From Azolla caroliniana (Eukaryota; Plantae; Polypodiophyta), in NCBI GenBank assembly GCA_043228905.1, contig JBHGNT010000015.1:5642001-5706000 (forward strand): a DNA stretch of 64,000 bases. The letters run 5' to 3'. The stretch's first letter is position 1. The number at the start of each line of letters is the position of its first letter. The notes under the pieces are model-generated. The model was given only the letters and a program-made list of their open reading frames with translations. It was not told the origin of the DNA and made no database searches. Positions 1 to 12,101 of the stretch are shown here, in pieces. Position numbers and translations under genes: made by a program.

Positions 1-642
1 ACCTGGCCGACAAGAGGGTATTCCGGAGTCGAGATATTATCTTCATGGAGGACAAGACGCTCGCCGACTGGGAGTCGGAGAAGAAGATAATGAACTCCGA
101 GTCGACCAGTAAGGATCGATTCTACGATGAACAGACCCAACCGGCAAGAGACCGGTTCGCACTCGATGAACCGGCTGGTGACGGTAAGGAGACAAGACAG
201 GCCGAAGAAGAAGGAATAGGCGAAACCGGAACTGGCCAAGACCCCGAATCGGATTCGGATGAAGAACAAATAGTGGAGCCGGTTGCCGAAGGTCAAAGAC
301 GGAGATATCCTCTCAGAGAGAGAAGAGCAAGGAAATATTATGGATGAAGGACTTCATCGAAGAGCTCGGTATCCGGCAAGATGAATACCGGCTCTATTGC
401 GATAGTCAAAGTGTCATCCACCTTGCTAAGAATGCAGCGTATCATTCCAGGACAAAGCACATCCAGCGTAGGTATCACTGGATCCTGGCATGAGTAGAAG
501 ATCGAGAGTTCGCGCTGATGAAGATCCACACGGCCGAGAACGGGTCAGATATGCTGACCAAAGTACTGACACCTGACAAGCTGGATGCATGTCGGAAGCG
601 GATCAGACTAGTAAGACATTCCATGCCGAAGTGAAGGGGGAG
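1..642 (+). mobile_element. Internally deleted Ty1/copia 3' region: integrase C-terminal linker joined directly to RNase H, then PPT
   Basis: ORF 45-347 matches the INT-RT linker of the copia at 24134-24730. Near 330 the sequence jumps to RNase H (KHIQRRYHWI, KIHTAENGSDMLTK). PPT gaagggggag at 633-642. Confidence 0.8.
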
Positions 643-644
643 TT

Positions 645-1235
645 TGTTAGGAAACAGATCCCTCCGGATGGGATTGGAGTACCCGGAAATGGAAGACCCG
701 GTGAGAACCGGATGACAAGTACCCGGCAACGAAATACCCGGTGAGAACCGGATGTGGAGTACCCGGCAACGGAAGACCCGGTGAGAACCGGATGATGAGT
801 ACCCGGCAAGAGTCGGATGGTGAAGGCCCGATGAGAAGTGCTCACCGGATGAAGGGACATATTAGTAAATATGTTTTCTGAGAGTCCATCGGGGCTATAT
901 TTGTAAATAGCTGAAAAGTCATATTAGTATAAATATGACTTAGGGAAAACTTAGTATAGAGCAGTTGTCATTTCTTGTTGGTGCAAGATTTGAGTGCATA
1001 ACTGTGTACAGAGAGAGAGAGAGAGGAAGAGGTTGTTGCCTCTGTTGTAACCGCTGCCTGTAGCAAAGATAGCAAGGAAGAGGTCGTTGCCTCGGTGGTT
1101 TACTATTGTACATTGTGATATAGTGATAGTTTGCAATCTGTGGGCTGCCGTGGTTTTTCCCTTGTTTGGGTTTTCCACATTAACATCCTATGTACTCTCC
1201 TCTTCATTGTGTCATGCGTGCATTACCCGTTTTCG
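645..1235 (+). repeat. Copia 3' LTR (same family as 3344-3902) with internal tandem repeats; right end uncertain
   Basis: Starts TG just after the PPT. Tandem gagtacccggcaac..ccggtgagaaccggatg units at about 677-850. Family motif ccgtggtttttccc..gggttttccac. Confidence 0.7.
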
Positions 1236-1239
1236 GTGG

Positions 1240-2962
1240 TTGATCCTAGGCTCAGTTGTGGCCGAGTGTTGTTCATTGGGAGCGTGTATTCCTGTCACGA
1301 CTGAGCCACAAAGAGAAGGGGAAGAAGAAGAAGGTGCCAGAGCACTACAATAATGAGGGCATGTCGGATCAGAGTGAATCCGATGATGCCATGAGTAGTG
1401 ATGGTAGTTGTCAGGAGTTGAGGATGGATTCGGCCAAAAGGGCCTTGAAGATGGGCAATGAGAGGTTGCCCTGATCAACTCACCACAAGAAACTTGTAAT
1501 CGGGTACGGGTACAATGAGTACATTGCACATCATTATGCGTACATGACCAAAGTGGCAGAGATATGCAAGTCAGAGAGTTAGACAGAGGCAGCACAAGAT
1601 GCCGATTGTGCCGGAAGCACAAGTGATCGTTGATCAACATCTAGATATGTGTTCTCTTTGGGGAGTGTGGCAATTGCCTAGTGCAGCAAGAAGTAGCCGA
1701 CACTGGCACTGTCGATCACCGAGGCCGAATACAGAGGAGCTGATATCACAATGTGTGAAGCCATATGGTTCAAGAGGCTACTGAAGTATCTACGGGTAGA
1801 GGTTTCCTATCCAATGATGATCTATTGTGACAACTTCAATAGCATCCAGATCACTATGAACCCCGTCTTCCACGCTCAGACAAAGCACATTGATGTGCAT
1901 TACCATTTCGTGTGCAAGTGATTTCTCAATGGTGAAGTGGAACTGCAATATGTTCTGACAGATCGACAGGTGGCCGACATCTTCACCAAACCTCTTGATC
2001 TCGACAAGTTGCGGCAATTCTCGGGCATGCTTGGTTTACAACACCTCGATGTTCCATTCTTGAGGAGGAGAGTCGAGGAGGGGACATTTGAAAGAGCTAA
2101 GAGAAAGGATAATGATAGACTCACCAACGGGGAAAGATAGAACAAGAGCAATGGAGCGGATGAGCCAGAGCAAGCCAAAGGCAAGGGGAGAGCCGAAGAA
2201 GAAGACAAAATGGAGACAATTGATTCAGATAAAGGAGATTATTCGAATGAACTAAATCAGGAGAACGTTGATCAAGCGAGAGGGCATCCAAAGATGATGG
2301 CAAGGCAGGAGAGCCGATGGATCAGAGGGTGATGAAGCCATAAGGGTGTGAAGAAGGCCGAGACATGCCTAAGGATTAGAGAAGCCGACCAGACGAATCG
2401 AGGAGCATGGGACCAGACTGATCGTGGAGTGTGGGTGAGAAAGTATGCAACTAAGAGAAGTTGGAGGGGAGAATCAGTTGAGAATGGTGACCTATTGTTG
2501 AGGTTGAGGGGAACTATTGAGTCAAACCGACTAAAGGCCGAGCTGGTTGAAAAAGTCCATAGTCGGATCAGCTGGTTAGAGTCAACCAAAGAAGGTGGAT
2601 ATCGGATCGGTTGGAGGCGGACAGGCCGTTAGGGCCTATATTCCTATTCTTAGTAATAGGAATATTATAGGGAATTAGTGCTAGATGCTCATTTACGAAC
2701 TTTGAACTACTTGTCAGTACTTTCGTCAACCCATTGTTAGAGGGCTTGTATAAAAGTGCTCATTGAGCACTATTGTATGTATTGATTCTTATTTTGAATA
2801 TAGTGTTTTGTTCTCTACTCATTCTCTCTCTCACACTCTCACTCTCTCTCTACTCTCACTCACTCACTCTCTATTATCCATCTTTGTGTTTACCTAATTG
2901 TCTTCTCGTGTCTGGAGAGCCGACTATGTATGTTGTTTTATAAGCTTCCGCAAATGTAAACC
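1240..2962 (+). mobile_element. Degenerate copia relic of the 56320-62732 family (RNase H remnant, PPT-like tracts, 3' LTR about 2516-2962)
   Basis: Remnants of FHAQTKHIDVHYHF and QVADIFTKPL at about 1865-2000. PPT gaggttgagggggaac near 2500. The LTR-like segment resembles the reverse complement of 62880-62970. Confidence 0.6.
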
Positions 2963-3912
2963 TTTTCATTGTTGTACTTCACACCATGGCCGATTCTTAG
3001 GTTCCCTCTCATAATGTGCTATGATCACTCACTTAGTGTCTTCCTATACCCATCTTCGGTTAGCATGCCAATGGAGACTAGACTCCTTTTGAGATCGAGT
3101 ACATGCCGAACATGGTGCAAGGTGATAGTATTGCCATTTGGTAGCTGAATGGGAATTTCACCTATTCCGGAGATTTGGAACTCCTACCCATTGCCAAGTC
3201 GGAATGTGTTGCCGGCTCTAGGAAAATAGTTCGAAAACCATTCATGGTGGGGGGTCACATGCAATGTGGATCCCAAGTCGAATAGCCACGTATGTGCATC
3301 TTGTGCACTATATAGTGTAGATCTCTCTCGTCAACAAGCCTTCTGTGAAGAATAGCGGGGAATATTGCCCGGCCACAACCGAGTCTTGAGCATTTCTCTA
3401 AGAAAGAAATACAGAAATGGGAAACGGAGGGTACACAAAGGAAATACATAGGATGTTTACATGGAAAACCCTAAATGGGAAAAACCACGAGAGCCCACAG
3501 AGTCCAACTATCACTATAAAAGAAAAAGAGGTACAAGGAGAGACTCGGAGGCAATGTCATCAAGCTCTAAATCTTAGCCAACCGGCGGTTACAATAGAGT
3601 ATTTCTCTGTATCTCACACTCTCTCTGTCACTCTCTCTTCCTCTGTACAACCATATGACAACTACAACCACAACAACATTAAAGTGATTTCCCTAAGTCA
3701 TATTTATACTTCTATGAACTTAGGGCTATTTACAAATATAACCTCAATAGGCTTACTCAAAATATATTTACAGATATGTCTTCTCTTCCGGTTCTCCTCC
3801 GGTTTCCGGATCTCTTCCGGTTCTCACCGGGTCCTCTATATTCATCACCGGATCCTCTATATTCATCACCGGATCCCATCTGGATAGACCGATTTCCCAA
3901 CAATCTCCCCCT

Positions 3913-4371
3913 TCACTCCGGCATGGGATATCTTGTCAGCCTGATCCGCTTTCGGCACGCGTCCAGCTTATCGGTTGTCAGGACCTTGGTCAACATGTCC
4001 GATCCGTTCTCCTCCGTGTGGATCTTTGTCAGCACGAACTCTTGATCTTCTACTCTCTCACGGATCCAATGGTACCTCTGTTGGATATGTGTCGTCCAGG
4101 AATGGTAGGCCGCGTTCTTTGCAAGGTGGATGACACTTTGACTATCGTAGTAGAGTCGGTATTCCTCCTGTTCGGTTCCTAGCTCCCCGATGAAGTCCTT
4201 CATCCAGATTATCTCCTTGCCAACTACTACCGCTACCATGTACTCCGCTTTCGTGGTTGACAATGCAACCGTCTTCTGCAGCCTCGACGGCCAGGAAACA
4301 ACTCCGCCTGCATAGGTCATGGCATATCCGAATGTAGACCGGCTAGTATCCGCATCAGCCGACATATCCAA
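3913..4371 (-). pseudogene. Copia A RNase H domain
   Basis: D..SRSTFGY, ALSTTKAEY, TTHIQQRYHWIRE and SDMLTK motifs. Confidence 0.85.
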
Positions 4372-6470
4372 ATACGTGAATCCGTCAAGTTGGGGATTAC
4401 CGGAGCCGAATCAGAGACACATAGTCGAAGTGCCTCTCAAATACCTGAGTATCTACTTGACCGTTGTCGCATTGCTACGCGTGTGCGTGGAGAAGGGCGG
4501 GACCACGGGGGTCTTGGACTAAGGAGTAGAGGAGAAGGAATCGGACATGGAATGGAAGCTTTGCTCAAGAAGAAGAAGAATGGACAAGAGATTAGATCAA
4601 ACAAGAGGAAGATGGAGACAAGATGATCAACAAGACGTATTAAAACGAAATGAACGATTACAAAATGGTGGCCGCATGGGCCGCATGGGCCGCACCAAAC
4701 GACTACTCAAAACCCTAACCGATGAAGATGAAGATAAAGATAAAGAAACCCTAACCCTAACCCTAACGCTCGACCTATGTGGTATACCTCGCACACTCAA
4801 AATAGGCAACCCCCACAATGGTGCCTTCCCTCTCCTTTTATAGCACAAGGAGGGAAGACCGTTTACAAAAGTGAGACTAAAATATCCCCTTTCATTCAAA
4901 GGGGATATCCCACCTCCACACAAACAACTAGGTACCTATGTACCGCATAGTACCTCTCTCTCTCTCTTGGGTGGATGTGCACACAAGACCACATCACCTT
5001 TATACCTTAGGGATCCTATGGGGCACTTCTAGCACCATACACTTTACCCTTATTACTATTACAAAAACATTATGTACGTGTGCAACGTTGCACATCGCTC
5101 TTTGGCTCCCGTTGCTCGGGTTTCCGCTTGTGGACGAAAATCTTCACGACATCCGCCCCCACCTAACCGCACATCCACCAGTATGTGCCAAAACATAGGG
5201 GAGAGAACACGAGATTTTCGGCAACGACGACCGACCGAGTCCTTAGCGTCCTCGTTGGCCCGCCCGGTTTTATCTTCCATTTCGAGCAAGACCACCCCGT
5301 CCACACGAACCATCGCCGCCTTCCGGTCCACCATCCTCGCCGAATGGTCTTGAACCGTCGGCGCCATCCGATCCGCCACACTCGACGATGTTCGCCGAGT
5401 CGTTGCCTCCACCCGATCCGCCACGTCCACCGTGGGTCCTCGAACCACCGACTACATTCGACCCGCCGTATCCGATGCCTATGCTTTCCTCCCCGTTCAG
5501 TCCTCCCGAACGCCGTCGCCGACCCGATTGCTCTTCCTTTGTCCGCCTCGTATATCCTCTGGATGCGCTCCCGGTCGCATGCCGGATTCCGCCCTTTGCG
5601 TGCCGCACACCTCGGCGTGCCGACTCTCTTCGCTCCGTGCTTGCCTTCCGTAGGCTTTCCCCGTTCGCCGATGTTGTACCCCGAATATGTGCTCATTCTT
5701 TGGCCCTTAGGCGACCCCATTCCGTGTTCCTTGCCTCTCCTTTGCCCGTTGTGCTCTCTCGCCGTAGCGCGTTGTCGAGGTATTCCTCGCGGATGCGTGG
5801 AGTGAGGCGGGACCTCGGGGGTCCTGTACCGAAGAGTAAGAGAGAGAGACCCACTACGTGCGAGTGTAGTTTCACAGGGACACGGCCCTTCGACGCAAAG
5901 ACGTGAATGGGACAGCGACACAGAAAACACGAAAGTATGTATGTATTGACAAGACTAACAACAAGAACACGAAGACAACAAACACGAAGTCGGTTACAAC
6001 CGAACAGGCCGGCGGACAGATGCCGATACCTGTTCGTAAACGCACAGAAAGACAGGAACAAGTTGGAGGTGCTGCCGAAAGCACTCAGGCATTTCTCAGA
6101 GCAGCGCGAGCCTCCCAAAACCTGCACAGAAGGAAGCTATGGAGTCTGCGAACCAGAGAGAGAGAGAGAAGCCTTCGCGCCCAATCCGACAGCACTTCGT
6201 CCTCGACTCCCCGCGATCCCTTTACCCTCCTCGTCTCCCTCCTTTTATAGGCAAGGAAGGAGCCGTTTCCCTTTTACTCCCTACCAACCGAATCTACCTA
6301 GGATCTCCTATGTTCAACTTAAGGCGCACGTGCATGAAGAGTCGGTTTCTACGCTCCGGTGCACCGATTCCGCTCGTGGACGGTTTTCTTCACGACATCC
6401 GCCCCCACCTAACCGCGCATCCACCGGCATGCGCCAAATTGTGTTGGGACGGAGAAAACCGGTCCAGCCT

Positions 6471-9400
6471 TCATTCTTCGCCCGTCAGTTCTTCCTCGGT
6501 TTCGGATCGCTCGTCGTCGTGGTCCAAGTCAACCTGATCCGGCTCGTCGTCGTGACGGTTCTTGAACGTCTTGATCCGCTTCCCCGCTACCGGTATCACC
6601 ATTCTCGTACCGTCGAGTTCCGCCAGATGGTACATCCCGTTGTCGTTGGCACTTTGTACCACGTAAGGCCCGAACCACCTTCTTGCGAACTTCCGCGTCG
6701 CTCGGTGCTGGTTGTCGAGGCTGCTGTCGTAGACTAGCACCCAGTCGCCTTCCTCGATCTTCTTCGGTCGGAGCCGGTGCGTTCGGTCGAACCGGGCTTT
6801 GTTCCTCATCCTTGCTTCCCGAAGCTTTTCCGCAGCCTGCTCCACGTCCTCCGGTCTTCGCTCGAGCTGTCGTATACGCGCCGCCAGCAGCTCCTCCCGG
6901 CTCATCTCGTCTCTCCAGTCCACGGTTGCCCACGAGGAGATCGTACGTTCCATCGGCATGACCGGCTTCTGCCCAAACATGAGTTCTGCCGGCATGAATC
7001 CGGTTACCGAACTGTGCGTAGTTCGGTCCGCCCACAACGCATAAGGCAACAGTCGCGGCCAGTTCCCGACTTGTCCTCCGCAAGCCCGAACTAACGCCTT
7101 GACGATCGGTCCGTGTCCGCGCTCCACCTTCCCATTCGCCTCCGGGTTGTACGCAGTGGTAAGCGAGAGCTTGACTCCTAGCCGGTCGAACAGTTCCTCG
7201 GCCTCTTCGGCGTCCAACTCCCCGCGATCGGCCACAATCTTCCCGACGCACCCGTACCGGCATATCACGTCTTCGATCAGGAACCGACATACGGCCGCGG
7301 TCGTTTTGTTCTGAAGGGCCCGGCCTTCTACCTGGTTCGTCAGATCTTCCCGAGCCAGGACCAGATACCGCATCTGTCCTACTCCCATCAGCATCGTCAC
7401 CAGATCTACCATCCATTTGAAGTGGATGGTCGGAGGGTACGTAGGGTGAAGCTCGTCCCGATGTCGGACTATGGAGTGCATCTGACAGCTCTCGCAAGTT
7501 GTCACGAACCGATGCACGTCCCGGTATAGCCCCGGCCACCAGTACTTCCCCTTTATCTTCTCGAACGTGGCCCACGTTCCACGGTGTCCAGCCCAAGGGC
7601 TGTCGTGGTAGGCCGTCAGCAGCTCCTCCTGTTCTTCCTTCATCGCTACCACCCGGAGCGGGACGTCGGTCCTCTTCTTCGGGTGCTTCCATAAGTATCC
7701 GTCCCGGAGAAAGAATCGGTATGCTTTCTTCCGGATCCGGTTTGCCTCGTCCCTCGTCCATGACGCATCCGGCGTCATCGTCCTCAAAAACCCACCGATC
7801 TGGAGCCACTCACCGTTGTACTTGCTCTCGTCGAAGTCGTTAAGTGCCGGAGTGCTCGTCCCATCGGCCGTTACGTATGCTGCCTCGAAGAAGTCCACGC
7901 CGACTTCTTCGTCCTCCGAAACCGTGCCGCCCTCGTCATCAAACCTTGCCCTCGAAAGCATGTCGGCCATGGCGTTATCCTTTCCGGAAATGTGCCGTAT
8001 TTCCGGGTCCAGGGACTTGACGTACGCTATCCACCTGAGCATCGCCAGGTCCGGTGTCGCGCATCCGGAAACCATGTCGAGAATTGGCAGGCAATCCGTC
8101 TCGATAATCACTTTTGCCCCGATCAGGTAGTCTTTGTCAGCCTTTACTGCCGAAACGACACCCCAGAGTTCGCGTTTAACCTGGGCGTACCCTCGCTGTC
8201 GCTCACTGAGGACCTTCGCGCCGAATCGGATCGGGAACCGAATGCCGTCCTCGTCTTCTTGGTTGACGACCCATCCGATCCCGGTCGGACTCGTATCCAC
8301 CGTTATGTATACCGGGGTACCCTTCCCGTAGACAGCCTTCCGGAGCGCCGGTGCTGCCGCAAGAGCTTCCTTCAGCTTCCGGACCGACTCCGTATGCTCG
8401 TCTCGCCATTCGAATTTTTGCCCTTTCTTCAGCAACCCGTATAGCGGCTCCGCAACGTGGGCGTAATGCGAGATCCATATGTGGTAGAACGCGCATGCCC
8501 CCAGGAACCTCCGAACTTCCGTAACCGAGCTACAGTCGGTCTTCATCGCGGAGATGGCTTCTACCTTTGCCGGAGACGGCTTCCGGCCATATGGCCCACA
8601 TAGGTGTCCGACTACCAGGATTTCCGATTGCCCGAAGGCCGATTTCTCCCCGGAGAAGGTGAGCCTAGCATCCTCTAGCCTTTGTAGCACCTTCTCGCAG
8701 TCGTCGATGTGTTTCTCCACGAATCGCCGGCATCCGTCCGGCCCGACTATCTCGTCCTTCTCCTCCACCGGGCACCCCTTAATCGGGATGTCGTCCAGAA
8801 ATGGCATGGTGATGTCGGGGATGCAATCCCTCAGTACCTTGTTCATTGCATTTACCATGTGAGCCACCGAGTTAGTCCCTCCTTGTGGCAGGGTACACAT
8901 TCGCACTAGGCCGAGGGGAGTTCGCATCGTCGTAATGTCTCTGCTCTCCACGGCTAGCTGGAACTGGTCGTACCCTGAGTACAGGTCACCGACCGAGTAA
9001 ATTGACCTTCCGGCAAAGGCCTCCGCGAACTCGTCTATGGTCGGTCCGATTCCTGCGTTTCGAATGGTCACTCTGTTGACCGGCTGCAGGTCTTGAATGA
9101 AGCGCAACGTTCCGTTTTTCTTCGGTACGGTAAACCATCAGTTCGAGTATGGGGCACTCGATGGTTCAAGAATGCCCATATCTACTTTCTGCCTCAATAG
9201 CTCCATCAACTTCGGGATGTGAGCTCTCGGTACTGGAATCGGCTTGAGATTCCACGGCACATGCGGTACCGTGAATATCACCATCGGCTCCACGATCGTC
9301 GGGTCTACGCACCCGATCTCTTCCGGTGAGAATGCGAAGGCTTTCCCGTGCCTTCCGAGCATCCTCCGAAACCGGCCTTCCTCCGCCGGCAGTAGGAACC

Positions 9401-9944
9401 CGCCCCCACCGATTTTGAGCTCCCGGAGCGTCCCGTCGGTGAAGGTGTGTCCTATGCAGGCCGGATCTCGTAAACTGGGGTTCGACGCAACCCCTCTGAT
9501 CCGGGACTCGCTGCCCTCCGGTAAGGGTGCCGCGACTGGCCTTACCTTCCGGTCCACAGTCTTGAACTTTGTGCTAACTCGGGCCGTCCGATCCGACCCG
9601 AGCCCCCGACTGAAGTTCGCGATGACTTCGTACATCTCTTCGGAACATACCGGTACCGTCCGGTCTTCGTCAAGGTCTTCTCCGGCAACCTTCCTCAGCA
9701 TCCCTAAGGTGTCGTCGAAGGAGACCGCCTCCACGGCTCCGCTGATTTCCTCATCCGGGCCGAGAACTCCGCACGCTCGAAGTCGCTCTTCCGCCCTTGT
9801 CTTTTCTCGGCCAACGATGTCGACCATCATACACCCTCCGTTGTCTGAGAAGCAAAATCTCCCGCGTATCGTACAATCGTGGGGTCTTTCCCGAGTGTAC
9901 GGACTGTCTCGGCCCCACGCCTTGGCAGCCCTCTCTAAAAATCC
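6471..9944 (-). pseudogene. pol: Pol ORF2 (RT-RNase H-integrase) in the -1 frame, with one premature TGA at 9138-9140
   Basis: RT DLYSGYDQ, LPQGGTNS and FLDDI. RNase H TVDTS and ETDC. INT H..GH..C..C and ADRGE..NGKVER. GPY/F-like RWFGPY. Confidence 0.92.
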
Positions 9945-12061
9945 TCCCGGCTCTCGCCACCGAGGGATTCGCGGTTTCTCTCGTGGTTCGGCCGCACCGT
10001 CAAAAATTGCACCGAATGGCGCCCGTCCTGGCTTTTGACCCTCGCGTAGGCCGAACCGTTGTCCAGCACCTTGGTCTCCATTCTCGCCGCCGTGATGTAT
10101 GGTTCACCTAATATGACCGGATGCGAAGACGTTTCTTGCACGAAGAAGTGCTGGTCAATCTCGACGTCGCCGATCTTGACTCGCACGTTCGGGCAGGCCC
10201 CATGCAGTTCCTCGGTGGCGCGCGTCGCCGCTCGTATCTTCCACCCGTGCTTGGTGTTGATCGGCCACTTCCCCTTCTTATAGAAGTCCATGGACATTAG
10301 GTTTATTTCCGAACCGTGGTCCACCAACGCCACCACCGGTTCCCGAACATCTCCGATCTTTACCGGGGTCTCCGTGGTCGCTCGGGCCCAGTGTGGCCTC
10401 GAATAGTGGCTCTCCGCCCACTCATCTTCCAGCGCCGAGTCGTCGATGTGCGTCGTCCGCACCTCCACCGGTCTTTCCGGTTCCGTCTCCGTCGACAGTC
10501 TCTTCCGTTTCACCAAGTCTACAATAGAGTCGTGGAACTCCTTCTTGGCGATCCCTAGCACCTCCCGTAATGACAGCTCCACTTTGCTGTCGAGGACCCG
10601 TTCTTCTAGGACCTTTCGTAGGTCCGTAGTCCTTTCTATTTCTGTCCCCAGTCGGTACCCGCCCTTCCTGGGGTTATCTTGCGGGCTGGGCCCACCGGCA
10701 TCGTTCCGTTGTTGTCCGAATCGGGTCTCGTACCGTTGTGAGGGCCCGGTCGCTCCGGCCTTCCCCACTCGTTTCTCCTCTACCAGAGCCACGTAGTTCC
10801 GGCAAGCGGCTTCTACGAAGCCCGTCTTCTCCTCGACCGGATCGCTCCACCCGGTTATTTCCCGGACCCGTCTCTCAGCGCGGTCCGTTTCATCTTTCCT
10901 CAGTCGCGCGCCGGCGAGGCCTTCCAGCATTGCCGACCAGAAACCGTCTTTACTCTCCTTTCGGGCTTCACTGCCCCCGACCTGAATACCGACTGACGCC
11001 GAGTAGTGGATGGCCTCCACGTGTCGGGCCGCTGCCTCTTCCATCAGTCTCTTCATACCTCCTCGCCCATCGTTTCGGCTTAGGGCCCTCCTGGTGTCGC
11101 CAGCGTGCACCCGGCCTTCCCATAGGTACACCACCCGGTTTCTCAACGCCTCTGCGAAATCGCCGCAGTCCTTTCGAATGTGGCCGACCTCGTCGCACCA
11201 CATGCACCTGTTCCCCGCTGCCGGCCGTCGGTCACGAGCCAGTTCGCCGCCTTCCCTTCGAGTCTGGGCGATCTGGAGATCCTTTATCGCCCGCGTCAAC
11301 TCCTCTAGCGCTGCTCCTCCGGACGAGCCATTGACCGTGCTGGTCGAAGCCGGACCTGTTTCGAGCCATTCCCGGGTTTCTTCCCTTCGCACTTGCGGCG
11401 CCGGTTCAAGCCTCCTTGCTGTAACAGAGCCCGCACCGGCCGCCCCGTTGTCAGCCCATTCTCGCCGTTTGTCGAAACGGCCACAGACTCTCTTAACCGC
11501 AGCCCAGTCGGTCGTCAACCCGTCTTCAGTTTCCAGCAAGGAGCCGACTTGATCCCGGTCCCGCTCGTCCACCGACTTGACGAACAGCAGGACCCGGCTC
11601 GTATCCAGGATAGTTCGGTCAAGCGCCGAAAGGCGCGCAAAGCGTTCCTCGAACTCCCGGAGGAGTGCCGACGCGTTTCTTCCTTTGCCGGGGGACTCCA
11701 CCCATTCCATGAAGTCCCGTTTCGAAAGCCGGAGCGCGTCGTCCAGCCCATATTTCTCTAGGAGCCGGCCTTCGAACTCCTCCCAGGTACGGCTCTCCGC
11801 CCGTACCTCGAGCACCTCCGCATGGATGCTCGGCATCGCCACTCGAGGGAACCCGGCAAGACGCCTCTCTTCCGGAATGTCCCGCATCAGCATTTCCGCC
11901 CCGTAGGACGCCAAATACTTCGTAGCATCCTTTCCGCTGAAACGGCCGATCGTACCGACGACCGCCTCAATGGCTCTGTCGAGGGCACCGGTGCCCTCGC
12001 GTGTGCTCAATATCCGATCCACGGCCGAAGCCATGGCCTCTGCAAGATCCGACCCCCTCAT
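9935..12061 (-). CDS. gag: Gag-protease ORF1 of the gypsy element
   Basis: First ATG after the PBS is at 12061. CCHC knuckle CMWCDEVGHIRKDC. Aspartic protease VALVDHGSEINLM and VILGEPY. Confidence 0.88.
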   Translation of the reverse strand: MRGSDLAEAMASAVDRILSTREGTGALDRAIEAVVGTIGRFSGKDATKYLASYGAEMLMRDIPEERRLAGFPRVAMPSIHAEVLEVRAESRTWEEFEGRLLEKYGLDDALRLSKRDFMEWVESPGKGRNASALLREFEERFARLSALDRTILDTSRVLLFVKSVDERDRDQVGSLLETEDGLTTDWAAVKRVCGRFDKRREWADNGAAGAGSVTARRLEPAPQVRREETREWLETGPASTSTVNGSSGGAALEELTRAIKDLQIAQTRREGGELARDRRPAAGNRCMWCDEVGHIRKDCGDFAEALRNRVVYLWEGRVHAGDTRRALSRNDGRGGMKRLMEEAAARHVEAIHYSASVGIQVGGSEARKESKDGFWSAMLEGLAGARLRKDETDRAERRVREITGWSDPVEEKTGFVEAACRNYVALVEEKRVGKAGATGPSQRYETRFGQQRNDAGGPSPQDNPRKGGYRLGTEIERTTDLRKVLEERVLDSKVELSLREVLGIAKKEFHDSIVDLVKRKRLSTETEPERPVEVRTTHIDDSALEDEWAESHYSRPHWARATTETPVKIGDVREPVVALVDHGSEINLMSMDFYKKGKWPINTKHGWKIRAATRATEELHGACPNVRVKIGDVEIDQHFFVQETSSHPVILGEPYITAARMETKVLDNGSAYARVKSQDGRHSVQFLTVRPNHERNRESLGGESREDF

Positions 12062-12083
12062 CTTCTGCTCTTCTGCCGCCTCT

Positions 12084-12101
12084 TTCACGTCGGGTTCACC
12101 A
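12084..12101 (-). promoter_or_regulatory. Primer binding site complementary to tRNA-Trp 3' end
   Basis: tggtgaacccgacgtgaa is the complement of the plant tRNA-Trp(CCA) 3' end TTCACGTCGGGTTCACCA. It lies 4 nt inside the LTR. Confidence 0.85.

Noticed and set aside
4745-4768. Interstitial telomere (ccctaa repeats)
   Set aside because: Only about 3 units, present in each related LTR. This is an ordinary telo-box-like LTR motif.
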